A stretch of DNA of 64,000 nucleotides, from NCBI GenBank assembly GCA_965219085.1, contig OZ244720.1, positions 2,912,001 through 2,976,000 of the forward strand. Reading direction: 5' to 3'. The notes under the pieces were generated by a model, which was given only the letters and a program-made list of their open reading frames with translations, made no database searches and was not told where the DNA came from. This DNA is from Dehalococcoidia bacterium. Lineage in GTDB: Bacteria; Chloroflexota; Dehalococcoidia; UBA2979. Below, one piece after another: positions 11,201 to 20,673 of the stretch. Position 1 is the first letter of the stretch; the number at the start of each line of letters is the position of its first letter. The position numbers and the translations under genes were made by a program.

Positions 11201-11652
11201 AGATCGCCTCGGACCCGACGGTGCAGGCGTCCGGGAGCGGCATCCTGCTGCTCGCGTTCGCCGGTGCGATGGGCGCTGCCGTGCTCGGCTTCGTGGTCTC
11301 GCTCGCGATCGCGCTTCAGAGCCGCACGGTGGAACTCGCGGTACTGCGCTCGCTCGGCGCGTCGAGCGGCGGCCTGCTCCGCGCACTCGTCTTCGAGTGG
11401 GGCGTGGTGCTGCTGTTCGGGTCCGTGATCGGGGTGCTGCTCGGCCGCTGGATCTCGCAGCTGATGCTCCAGTTCCTCGAGGTCACCGAGACCGGCGACC
11501 CGGTGGTGCCCGCGTTCGCGATCGAGACCGAATGGCGGCTGCTGTCGACGGGCATCGCCTTGCTCGGCGTCGCCGCCGCCGTCACGCTCTGGGCGGCGTG
11601 GCGCGCCGTGTTGCGGCGCGGCGTGGCCGACTCGCTTCGCCTGACGCAGTAG
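8284..11652 (+). CDS. Large FtsX/MacB-like ABC permease (paralogue of the divergent gene)
   Basis: EEVAVYRSRGAS and ELAVLRSLGAS motifs; same architecture as 4806..8189. Confidence 0.88.
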   Translation: MGELFSVWRFALRRFASNWPLMLLLAAGALLATTLLATAPIYADAMSDVGLRFRLDRHLDEPRTRVPNLYADGLRLADPVQLAQTRAFEAVTEARVGWLGHEVLTAQRTDPLTLQFTDDSDREPWRARLIHLGGYEEHVAVVYGRLPSPDATTAEVVLPEAFASVANLGDRVRLTARTFNDCRRVPTSEDENVAAEEVRCQPTTFVRTSIEAEVVGFVRPNDPDDLRWQVFEDRELTPGGPGQPDRGSQSIPLLTSAEYFNGALTVQMPELLSRYRVGLVADLDGIAVRDVPRALDDLAAWPRDVRDGLGLEAGGRVEFATALARFRNASTFSQVPLLLLLLQVAGVVGFYLVVVTSLARARQAEEVAVYRSRGASTSQLIGLNLAEGLLVAVPAALLGPFLARIAVGALGYTPAFSAITGGEPLAASVSEDAFLLAAGGAALALAAMLLPTIGAVRRAVVDAKREQARPAERGWFRRYHLDLALVALAALLFWQLDRRGAVFDPQSVGGWQADPLLLLSPLVMTAAAAAMVLRLYSPLLRLAAWLLRPLRGTTVTLGIGRAGRDPATGARLLLLVLIAIAVGAFAASYAPTVARSFDDRARYEHGVDMRAAIANFDLPSGHEGLEQLRSVDGVERAIVVHRGSIGVLRGGSVPLLAIQGGAAVAPMLSFRDDFAEEPPEQLLGHLDLGVPLDGGVALPDDTVALAIYAYSKETPRIGRLRASIRDGNGDYHDAVFSGLETGTWTELQTELPPGLAAPLTLASLRFMDRRVIVHDDGSIFFDDLTAVRANGAREVIEHFDDQFGWAMYSQRGAAETFGPSDERARSGARSARWTWTREVTDRARVLAPQGPSVPLNAIFSERALAFFGVQPGERTAGLLGDRFAVPLIVRSTAEVFPTLDPAHGFVIVDYEQFRAVAGALGSRGQQIPTELWVDFAEDVPLAAQEAIAEQTRDNTWMQFDAGEPLLLAARLEEIASDPTVQASGSGILLLAFAGAMGAAVLGFVVSLAIALQSRTVELAVLRSLGASSGGLLRALVFEWGVVLLFGSVIGVLLGRWISQLMLQFLEVTETGDPVVPAFAIETEWRLLSTGIALLGVAAAVTLWAAWRAVLRRGVADSLRLTQ

Positions 11653-11686
11653 CGCGCACGGGAACATCGAGGGGAACACGAGCACG

Positions 11687-12088
11687 ATGCTGGGATGGCG
11701 CTGGCGCTCCGTGGTGACGACCGCCCTGGTGCTCGCCGCCGTCTTCGCGGCGGGGCTCGTCGTCGGCTTCCTCCTGGAGCACGAGCCCGCGCCCGACGAC
11801 CGGCGCATCTCCATCGGCCGCCCATCGCAGCCGCCCCCCACTGAGACGTTCCGCGCCGGTGAGGTGACAACCGTGGGCGGCGGGCGCATCGAGCTCCGGA
11901 CACTCGGCGGCCTCGTCGAGTTGGACCTGCGCCCGGACGCGACCGCCGAGGAGCTTCGACGGGTGACCGAGTCGCGGTTCGCGCCCGGCGACGCGGTCAA
12001 CCTCGGTGGCGAGCAGGGCGACTTCGGGATCGTCCTGACCGGCGTGGTGGCGCTGGAACCGCCGAGTGGCGCGGAGGCGTCGCGGTGA
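11687..12088 (+). CDS. Membrane-anchored hypothetical protein (DUF5666/OB-like domain)
   Basis: N-terminal TM helix, then GEVTTVGGGRIEL...FAPGDAVNL beta pattern. Purine-rich SD upstream. Confidence 0.55.
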   Translation: MLGWRWRSVVTTALVLAAVFAAGLVVGFLLEHEPAPDDRRISIGRPSQPPPTETFRAGEVTTVGGGRIELRTLGGLVELDLRPDATAEELRRVTESRFAPGDAVNLGGEQGDFGIVLTGVVALEPPSGAEASR

Positions 12089-12573
12089 GCGCACGGGGCG
12101 CCCCGCCGGCGCAGCACGCGCCGTGGGCGCTGGTCGCCGCGGTGACGATCGCCGCACTCGTGGCATCGGCCCTCGGCGGTCTGATCCTCGGTCGGTGGGC
12201 CGGGGAACGCGCGAGCGCACCCGCCGTGATCGAGGTGGTCATCGAGGATCCCGCGCTGTCCGCCGCCGGCGCGAGCGAGGGCTGGACGACGCGCGGCGGG
12301 TTCACCGGCTTCGGCGGGCTGCCCGCACTGCCGGGCGAGGTGTGGCGCGCGGCGCGCGTCGTCGAGTCATCGCCCGGCCGCCTCGTGATCACGTCGGATG
12401 AGGCGACGACGACGATCGACTTCCGGAGCCCGTCGCGGCTCTTCGAGATCATCTCCGCCGACGGCATCGAGGTCGGCGACCTCGTCGTGGTGCGTCTCGT
12501 GGACGGCGTGGTCGCGGCGATGCTGGTGGTGCCGCCGGACGTGGAGGAGGGCAGCGGGGCGGGTTCGCGGTAG
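12085..12573 (+). CDS. Membrane-anchored hypothetical protein (DUF5666/OB-like domain)
   Basis: GTGA overlap with the previous gene, TM helix, ARVVESSPGRLVI...IEVGDLVVV. Confidence 0.55.
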   Translation: MSARGAPPAQHAPWALVAAVTIAALVASALGGLILGRWAGERASAPAVIEVVIEDPALSAAGASEGWTTRGGFTGFGGLPALPGEVWRAARVVESSPGRLVITSDEATTTIDFRSPSRLFEIISADGIEVGDLVVVRLVDGVVAAMLVVPPDVEEGSGAGSR

Positions 12574-12599
12574 GACTGACCTTCCTACTATGGTAGTAT
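12570..12599 (+). promoter_or_regulatory. Promoter/operator of the TA module
   Basis: Inverted repeats GTAGGA-N7-TCCTAC and TACTA-TGG-TAGTA overlap a TG-extended -10 (TAGTAT) 7 nt before the antitoxin ATG. Confidence 0.6.
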
Positions 12600-12606
12600 C
12601 GCTGGT

Positions 12607-12870
12607 ATGAAGCTCAGTGTGAGCCTGCCCCCATCTGACGTAGCCTTCGTGGACCGCTACTTGGCCGAACACGACGAGCCCTCGCGATCCGCTGTATTGC
12701 GTAGAGCATTGAAGCTCCTGCGGGAACGAGAGCTTGGGGACGCCTACGAAGCGGCGTGGGATGAGTGGGCCAAGGGTGACGGCAAACTCTGGGAGTCTAC
12801 CGTGGGCGATGGGCTCCGTCCGGAAGATTGGTCAGCGGAGCGGGGCGACACCCCGGAGCCCACTGGCTGA
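12607..12870 (+). CDS. mazE: Ribbon-helix-helix antitoxin (MazE-type)
   Basis: MKLSVSLP...SRSAVLRRAL RHH pattern; acidic tail LGDAYEAAWDEW...WESTVGDGL; TGATG coupling to the toxin. Confidence 0.8.
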   Translation: MKLSVSLPPSDVAFVDRYLAEHDEPSRSAVLRRALKLLRERELGDAYEAAWDEWAKGDGKLWESTVGDGLRPEDWSAERGDTPEPTG

Positions 12871-13217
12871 TGCTCCGCGGCGACATTTTCTGGGTGGACC
12901 TTGAGCCGACGTTGGGGAGCGAAGCGAACGACACGCGACCAGCGGTGATCGTGAGCAACGACGGCGCGAATCGTAGAGCGGACCAGCTTGGGCGAGGTGT
13001 GGTGACGGTCGTTCCGCTCACGAGCGAGATCTCCGTCGTGTATCCGTTCCAGGTTCCTGTCCCACCGGGCCGAACTGGGCTGCGTACCCTCTCGAAGGCA
13101 CAGGCCGAGCAGATCCGGGCAGTTGATGTGGAGCGGGTCGGTGAGCGAATAGGCCGGGCGCCGCGCGAGCTACTCGCGCAGCTCGACGAGGTGATCCGGC
13201 TGCATCTCGACCTCTGA
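12870..13217 (+). CDS. mazF: PemK/MazF endoribonuclease toxin
   Basis: RGDIFWVDLEPTLGSEAN.TRPAVIVSND, VVPLTS, SKAQAEQIRAVD. Confidence 0.92.
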   Translation: MLRGDIFWVDLEPTLGSEANDTRPAVIVSNDGANRRADQLGRGVVTVVPLTSEISVVYPFQVPVPPGRTGLRTLSKAQAEQIRAVDVERVGERIGRAPRELLAQLDEVIRLHLDL

Positions 13218-13238
13218 GCGCGCGGGTGGCATCGCGAG

Positions 13239-13384
13239 CTACTTGAAGAGCTTGCCGAGCCCTCGCCCCGTCGCCCGCCCGGCCGCGCGACGCGCCGGCC
13301 GACCCGGCCGCGCCGCACCGCGTTGATGTCGCCGAGGAGCCTGGCGAGCCAGTACAGGAAGCCCCGCGTGCTGTTGATGCTCAT
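13239..13384 (-). CDS. Very small basic amphipathic protein (about 50 aa; frameshifted at about 13285)
   Basis: GGAGG SD, then MSINSTRGFLYWLARLLGDINAVRRGRVGRRV. It continues in another frame as RAAGRATGRGLGKLFK*. Confidence 0.55.
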
Positions 13385-13497
13385 GGTTTGCCTCCGTCCG
13401 TGGTGGCGCGCGCGAGGATAGCGCAGCAAAATCCGGATTGTATGTTGAAATCATCGGTCGCTATCCAACAATATGGGTAGGCGACTCAAGGTGAGCG

Positions 13498-13764
13498 ATG
13501 GCGGCGTTCGACACACATCAAGCGGTCCGGCGGCTGACCGCGTCGGGTATGGAGGAGTCCTCGGCGGAGGCGACCGTCGAGGTCGTCGGCGATGCCACCA
13601 GGAAGCTCGCCACGAAGGACGACGTTAGACTTGCCGTAGCCCAATTGACCGCCGACATGCACAAGGCGCTGCGGGTGCAGGCGGCCTGGATCATCGGAAT
13701 CCTGACCGGCCTCGCGACGATCGCCTCGGCCACGGTTGCCATCGGCTTCATGGTGGCCGGCTAA
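13498..13764 (+). CDS. DUF1640/CCDC90-like coiled-coil protein with C-terminal TM
   Basis: FDTHQAVRRLTASGM.E..AEA...LATKDDV signature. Confidence 0.75.
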   Translation: MAAFDTHQAVRRLTASGMEESSAEATVEVVGDATRKLATKDDVRLAVAQLTADMHKALRVQAAWIIGILTGLATIASATVAIGFMVAG

Positions 13765-13810
13765 CCCGCGGACGTAGGCGCTCCTTGCCCTGTGTAGCGC
13801 TGTTCTTCGC

Positions 13811-14692
13811 TCATGCCACGTCCTCGCCGACGCCGTAGCGCACCTCGAGCTCCTGCCAGTCCGGCACCCCGACGATCTCCTCGAACTCGTGGAAGCCCAC
13901 CATCGCCTCGGTGCGGCCCGCCGTCGTCTTCGCCTCGAACAGCGCGCGGTACGTGTCCGCGATCGCCCGCGCCGCGGTGAACAGCGCCGCCAGCGGGAAC
14001 ACCACCATCGAGTAGCCGAGGTCCTGCAGCTCCGTCGAGGACAGCAGCGGCGTCTTCCCGCCCTCGATCATGTTCGCGAACAGCGGCGCGTCCGGGATCG
14101 CCTCGCGCACCGCCTTCAACTCGTCGATCGACTGCGGAGCCTCGACGAACACCACGTCGGCGCCGGACTCTTGGTAGAGACGCCCGCGCCGGATCGCCTC
14201 GTCGAGGCCGAGCGGCGCGCGGGCGTCGGTGCGCCCGATGATGACGAGGTCGTCGTCGCCGCGGGCGTCGGCCGCAGCGCGGATCTTCTGCGCGTGCTCC
14301 TCGGCGGGGATGACGCGCTTGCCCTCGAAGTGGCCGCACTTCTTCGGCCACTCCTGGTCCTCGAGGATGATCCCCGCCACGTCCGCCTGCACGCACTCGC
14401 GGACGGTGCGCACGACGTTGAGCGGGTTGCCGTAGCCCGTGTCCATATCGGCGACGAGCGGCACATCGACCGCCGCGACGATGGGGCGCACGCGGTCGAG
14501 CACCTCGGAGGCGGTGAGCAGGCCGTAGTCGGGTGCGCCGAGGGCGGCAGCGGAGAAGCCGAAGCCGGTGGTGAACAGGGCGTCGAAGCCCGCGCGCTGT
14601 GCGAGGCGGGCCGAGAGCGCGTCGTAGGCGCCGGGCAGGACGATGATCTCCGGCCCGCTCAGCCGGTTCCTCAGGGCGGTCGAGTGACGCAT
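13811..14692 (-). CDS. Isocitrate lyase/PEP mutase family enzyme (2-methylisocitrate lyase-like)
   Basis: [33 protein letters not shown]. Confidence 0.88.
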   Translation of the reverse strand: MRHSTALRNRLSGPEIIVLPGAYDALSARLAQRAGFDALFTTGFGFSAAALGAPDYGLLTASEVLDRVRPIVAAVDVPLVADMDTGYGNPLNVVRTVRECVQADVAGIILEDQEWPKKCGHFEGKRVIPAEEHAQKIRAAADARGDDDLVIIGRTDARAPLGLDEAIRRGRLYQESGADVVFVEAPQSIDELKAVREAIPDAPLFANMIEGGKTPLLSSTELQDLGYSMVVFPLAALFTAARAIADTYRALFEAKTTAGRTEAMVGFHEFEEIVGVPDWQELEVRYGVGEDVA

Positions 14693-14907
14693 ATGTGTCC
14701 TCCATTCGACCCCGGCTGCGTGGTGCGGGGCGCGGGCGGAGGATAACGAACCTGCGCGCCGCCGGCCCGGCGGCGCCCATCCGCCGCGCGGCGACGGTAT
14801 CGCGATGGTGGTATAGTCGCCTTCCGAATCGATACCCAGTGCCGATTGCTAGGCGGATAGATCGAAGCGTCCAGCGTCGGTGTGCTGGTGCGCGTAGCGG
14901 GAGCGAC

Positions 14908-15764
<857 letters not shown>

Positions 15765-15765
<1 letters not shown>

Positions 15766-16838
15766 TGGTACGGATCGGCGACGCCGAGCAGGCTCCCGGC
15801 GGGTCGGGGGCTGCATCGCCGGCTGGTCGGCTGGGAAGTATCCGCGTGCGCTCCGTCTGGCTGCCGGGGGCGGTCGCGGTGCTCGTCGTGTTGGCGGTGA
15901 GCCTCGTGGTCTGGGGTCCCGCGATGGAGTTCCCCACCACGATCTCGCAGTCCGAGGTGCCCACGGCCGGGACGGGGACTGTCACGCTCGACCGGACGGT
16001 CAGGGAGGCCACGGGCGACGCCATCGACGACGGGGTCGACTGGCTCACCGAGGAGGGCGACTGGCTCTTCGACGGGATGAGCAACGCGGTCGCTCACGCA
16101 CTCGTGACCATCGAGGACGTGCTCAGGTGGGTGCCGTGGCCGGCTGCTATCGCCGGGTTGGCGGTCCTGTCGTTTGCGGTGGGGAGGTGGAGGCTGACGG
16201 GCTTCACCACGGCCGCGCTGCTGTACATCGGGTTCATGGGGCTGTGGAACAACGCCATCGACACGATCGCACTGATGGCGGTGGCGGTGGGTATCGCGCT
16301 CGCGGCCGGGTTCCCGCTCGGTGTCCTCGGCGCGCGCAGCGGCGTTGCCGATGGTCTGATGCGCCCGGTCCTCGACGGAATGCAGACGATGCCGAGCTTC
16401 GTGTACCTGCTGCCGGGCATCCTGTTCTTCGGCCTGGGCAAGCCGGCGGGCATCTTCGCCACCGTCATCTACGCGGTGCCGCCCGTGATCCGCCTCACCA
16501 ACCTCGGCATCCGGCAAGTGTCGCCCGAGGTCGTGGAGGCCGCGCAGGCGTTCGGCTCCTCGCCGTGGCAGGTGCTGACCAAGGTCCAGATCCCGATGGC
16601 GCTGCCGACGATCATGGCCGGTATCAACCAGACCACGCTGATGGCGCTGGCGATGGTGACGATCGCCAGCATGGTGGCGGCAGGTGGCCTGGGCGATGAT
16701 GTGCTGCGCGCGCTGCAGAAGAACCAGTCGGGCAACGGTGTGATCGCGGGACTCGCCATCGTGTTCGTCGCTATCATCATCGACCGAATCACCCAGGCTG
16801 TCGCCGCCGACAACAGCGAACGCCGTAGCGCAGGTTGA
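15765..16838 (+). CDS. proW: Glycine betaine/proline ABC permease
   Basis: LDGMQTMPSFVYL, EAAQAFG, IMAGINQT. Confidence 0.88.
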
Positions 16839-16904
16839 TGCGAGCAGCCGGGCTCGCGGGGGTGGTACCCTCACCAGCACGAACGGAAACGAAAGGATGG
16901 GATT

Positions 16905-17942
16905 ATGCGGACTGGATACCTCAGGATTGGTCTCACGCTCCTGGTTGTCGTGGCCCTTGGAATTGCCGCCGCATGCGGCGGCGACGGGGACGGGGACGGG
17001 GACGAGAAGGAGACGCTCGTTTTCAGCGACCTGAACTGGACGAGCGCGCAGGTGCAGAACCGCATCGCGCAGTACCTCGTCGAGATGGGCTATGAGTACC
17101 CGACCGACGTGGTGCTGGGTGCGACCCTGCCGCTGTTCCAGGGTCTGCGTCGCGGCGACACCCACGTCACGATGGAAATCTGGCTGCCCAACCAGAACGA
17201 GGCCTGGTCCGAAGCACTGAGCGCCGGCGAGGTGATCCCGCTCGGCCCCAGCCTCGGTAGTGACTGGCAGTCCTCGTTCGTCATTCCCGCCTACCTGCAG
17301 GAGGAGTACCCGGACCTCGACAGCGTCGAGGACCTCAAGGACGAGAAGTTCAAGGAGCTGTTCGCGTCGGCCGAAACCGGCGGCAAGGCACGGCTGGTGT
17401 CGTGCACCATCGGCTGGGCCTGCGAAGAGGTCAACGCAGCCCAGATCGCTGGCTACGGCCTCTCGGACCACGTTGAAATCATCAACCCCGGCGACGGCGC
17501 GGCGGCGAACGCCGATCTCTTTGGCGCCTACCAGAAGAGTGAGCCGTGGCTTGGATACACATGGGGCACGAGCGCGCCCGCGCTGGTGCTGGACCTCGTG
17601 CGGCTCGATGAGCCCGCGTACAGCGACGAGTGCTGGTTCACCACGAAGGCGTGTACATACAAGGACGCCACGATCCTCATCGCCGTGCACCCCGACGTAA
17701 TCTCCGGTGCCCCGGACGTTGTCGCCATGCTGCGCGCGTGGACCTTCGACGTGGTGAAGTACCGCGAGGTCGCCGCCTGGCTCGGCGATAACCCGGACGC
17801 GGACGCTAACGATGGCGCCCTGTGGTGGCTCAACGGTAACGAGGCCGTCTGGAGCACATGGGTGACCGAGGATGCAGCCTCGGCCATCAGTCAGGCACTC
17901 GAGGACGGCGAAACCCCCGACGGTTGGCCCGAGGCGAGCTAA
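16905..17942 (+). CDS. proX: Glycine betaine ABC substrate-binding lipoprotein
   Basis: Lipobox IAAAC; LNWTSA, MEIWLP and CTIGWAC aromatic-cage motifs. Confidence 0.85.
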   Translation: MRTGYLRIGLTLLVVVALGIAAACGGDGDGDGDEKETLVFSDLNWTSAQVQNRIAQYLVEMGYEYPTDVVLGATLPLFQGLRRGDTHVTMEIWLPNQNEAWSEALSAGEVIPLGPSLGSDWQSSFVIPAYLQEEYPDLDSVEDLKDEKFKELFASAETGGKARLVSCTIGWACEEVNAAQIAGYGLSDHVEIINPGDGAAANADLFGAYQKSEPWLGYTWGTSAPALVLDLVRLDEPAYSDECWFTTKACTYKDATILIAVHPDVISGAPDVVAMLRAWTFDVVKYREVAAWLGDNPDADANDGALWWLNGNEAVWSTWVTEDAASAISQALEDGETPDGWPEAS

Positions 17943-17965
17943 CCCTCGGCGCCACGGTCGTCGGC

Positions 17966-18745
17966 GTGACGGGCATCGTCACGCTGACGACCGATTTCGG
18001 GGCGCGCGACTCCTACGTCGCGCAACTCAAGGGCGTGCTGCTCGCTCAGTGCGCCGAGTTACGCGTTCACGACCTCACGCACGAGATCGCCTCGCACGAT
18101 GTGGTCGAGGGCGCGCTGTTCCTCGCCGGCGCCGTGCCTGCGTTCCCCGAGGGGACCGTTCACCTTGCTGTGGTCGACCCCGGCGTCGGCAGCGCGCGGC
18201 GCGTGATCGCAGTCGAGGTGGCGGGGCAGCACGTCGTGTGCCCCGACAACGGCCTGCTCACGCTTCTCGCACGCTCGCACCCGGTCGGCGCCGCGCACGA
18301 GCTGACGAGCCCGCGATTCCGGCGTGAACCTGCAAGCGCGACGTTCGAGGGCCGCGACGTGTTCGCGCCGGCCGCCGCGCACCTCGCCTGTGGTGGCGCA
18401 CTCGCGGACCTCGGCGCGCCCGTGTCCGATCTCGTAGAGCTCGCACTGCCGGAGCCCGTGGCCCGCGAGGACGGCGCGTGCGGCGAGGTGATGCACGTCG
18501 ACCGCTTCGGCAACGCGATCACGAACATGCCCGCCTCGATGCTGACGTGGCGAGACGACATCCGCGTCGAGGCGGCGGGGCGTGACCTCGCGCTCCTGTG
18601 CACCTACGCCGACGCGGGGGTGGGCGAGGCGCTCGCGCTGGTGGGGAGCAGTGGCTACGTCGAGGTGGCCGTGCGTGAGGGGAGTGCCGCGGACGTGCTC
18701 GGACTGCGGCGGGGCGACGCCGTGCGGGTCGTGGCTACTCGATGA
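17966..18745 (+). CDS. SAM-dependent chlorinase/fluorinase/SAM hydrolase (DUF62) family protein
   Basis: TLTTDFG, VVDPGVG, PDNGL, TFEGRD, VDRFGN. Confidence 0.9.
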   Translation: MTGIVTLTTDFGARDSYVAQLKGVLLAQCAELRVHDLTHEIASHDVVEGALFLAGAVPAFPEGTVHLAVVDPGVGSARRVIAVEVAGQHVVCPDNGLLTLLARSHPVGAAHELTSPRFRREPASATFEGRDVFAPAAAHLACGGALADLGAPVSDLVELALPEPVAREDGACGEVMHVDRFGNAITNMPASMLTWRDDIRVEAAGRDLALLCTYADAGVGEALALVGSSGYVEVAVREGSAADVLGLRRGDAVRVVATR

Positions 18746-20556
18746 GCGCGAGTTGCGAGCGGGCCTCGCTCACGGCGTCGGTGGCGCCGTAGAGCAGCAG
18801 GCGGTTGCCGCGCGCGAGCGGGGTGTTGCCGTCCGGGATCACGTCCTCGTCCGTGCGTCGTACAGCAACACGAGCACGCGCGACGGCAGACCGAAGTCGC
18901 GCACGCGCCGTCCGTCGAGGCCCGAGCCGACCTCGAACTCCACCATCAGCCGGTCGTGGCCGTCGGGTCCGAGGGCGTCGTGGAGCACGGCCTAGCCGAT
19001 AGTCGCCATCATCGCCTCGGCGATCGCCTCGCGCTCGCCGACGGTGTGGATGCCGGAGCGGCGGAACGCCTCGACGGCGCGGCCCTGCGCGACACGCGCG
19101 AAGACGCTCGCGCCGGGGTTCTCGGCGAGCACGTACTGGGCTGAAGAGCAGGTTGGTCTCGTCGCTGTTCGTCGCGGCGACGGCCATCTCCCCGTCGCGC
19201 GCACCCAGCCGCTCCATGCGCTTCACGTCGGCAGCGTCGCCGAGCTCGGCCTGGAGCCCCTCGCCGCGCGCCACCGTCACCCGCGCTGCCGTCGGGGTCG
19301 ACGAGCACGACGTCGAAGCCGCCCGCCGAGAGCTGCGCGCCGACGCGGCGCGCGATCGTCCCCGCCCTGGCCACCAGTGCCCGCAGCGCCTGCACCTCCA
19401 GGCGCCGCGCCAGCGCGCGGCATACGTCGGCTGTACGCCAATCGTGAGCGCCACCGTGAGGAACACGAGGGGGGCCAGCTCCGGCCCGCCGAGCTCTTTG
19501 CCCAGCGCCTCGCTGGCGAACGTCGCGAGCGCCACCGCCACCACCCCGCGGGGCGCGATCGCGGCGATGTAGCCCACTCGCGCCTCGACAGGTCGGACCC
19601 GAACGAGCGGACAGCCACGACCAGCGGCCGCACCAGCACCATCAGCGCGATCACCACGACGAACCCCGCGAGCCACAGGTCGACGACGAGCCCGAGTTCC
19701 AGCGTCGCCGCGGACAGCACGTAGACGGCGGCGAGGAGGATGCGCGACAGCTCGTCCTCGAACGCCCGGACCTCCTTGGCGTGTGGGAGGCGCATCCCGG
19801 CCAGCACGATGCCCATCGTCGCCATCGCCGTCAGGCCCGAGTCGGGCAGCACGCGCTCGGCGAGCGCGAGCGTCGTGACACTCATGCCGAGCAGGAGCAG
19901 CGTCATGTCGCGCGCGGACGGGGTGCGGTGCAGGTGCAACACCGCGCGCACGCCGGCGACACCGAGCAGTCCGAACGCCGCGCCGCCGAGCAGCCTCGAC
20001 GGCGCCTACAGGATCGGGTCGGCGTGGAACCCGGACAGCGCGAACTGGAGCACCACCACCGCGAGGATCGCCCTGAGCGGGTCGATCAGCACGCCCTCGC
20101 CCAGCAGCACGGCACGCACGTGGTCGTTGAGCCGCGTCGCGCGCACGAGCGGGGCGATCACCGTGGGACCGGTGACGGTGACGAGCGCGCCCAACATGAA
20201 CGCCGTGCGCCACGGCAACACCTCGAAGACCCCCGCGAGCAGCGTCGCCGTGGCGAAGGTGATCACGAGGCCGACCGTGAGCAGGTTGCGCACCACGTGG
20301 CCGACGCGGCGCAGGTACTGGACGTCGATCGAGAACGCGCCCTCGAAGACGAGCAGCGCGACGAGTACCTCGAGGGTGATCGGAAGACCTCGTGCAGGTC
20401 CGCCGGGTCGAACACGCCGAGCACCGACGGACCGGCGACGACGCCGACGAGCAGGTAGAGCAGGACGGGCGGGAGCAGCACGCGGCGCGCGACCTGGTTG
20501 ACGATCGCGACCGACAAGCCCATCACACCCAGCGCGGCGATCGCCGCCGTCTCCAT
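18735..20556 (-). pseudogene. Cation:proton antiporter (CPA1) with TrkA-N/TrkA-C domains, decayed
   Basis: VTGPTVIAP, GEGVLIDP, APRGVVA and ATNSDETN pieces are scattered over all frames. About six frameshifts plus in-frame TAG at 20006 and 18992. Confidence 0.8.
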
Positions 20557-20673
20557 CGAGGCTTTCCGTCGGCGCGACGCGGGCGGGTTGGAGCCGCGCG
20601 GGATGGTACCCTGCATCGCACCCACCATCACTGGGATCCGTCGGGGACCCGGAGCAGCGCACAGCGTCGACTC

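Noticed and set aside
16981-17003. GACGGG hexamer repeat as a phase-variation tract
   Set aside because: The unit is 6 bp, so it preserves the frame and only encodes a GD linker after the lipobox.
18992-20008. Two in-frame TAG codons as pyrrolysine or stop-codon recoding
   Set aside because: The same gene has many frameshifts, and TAG is a normal stop throughout the window.
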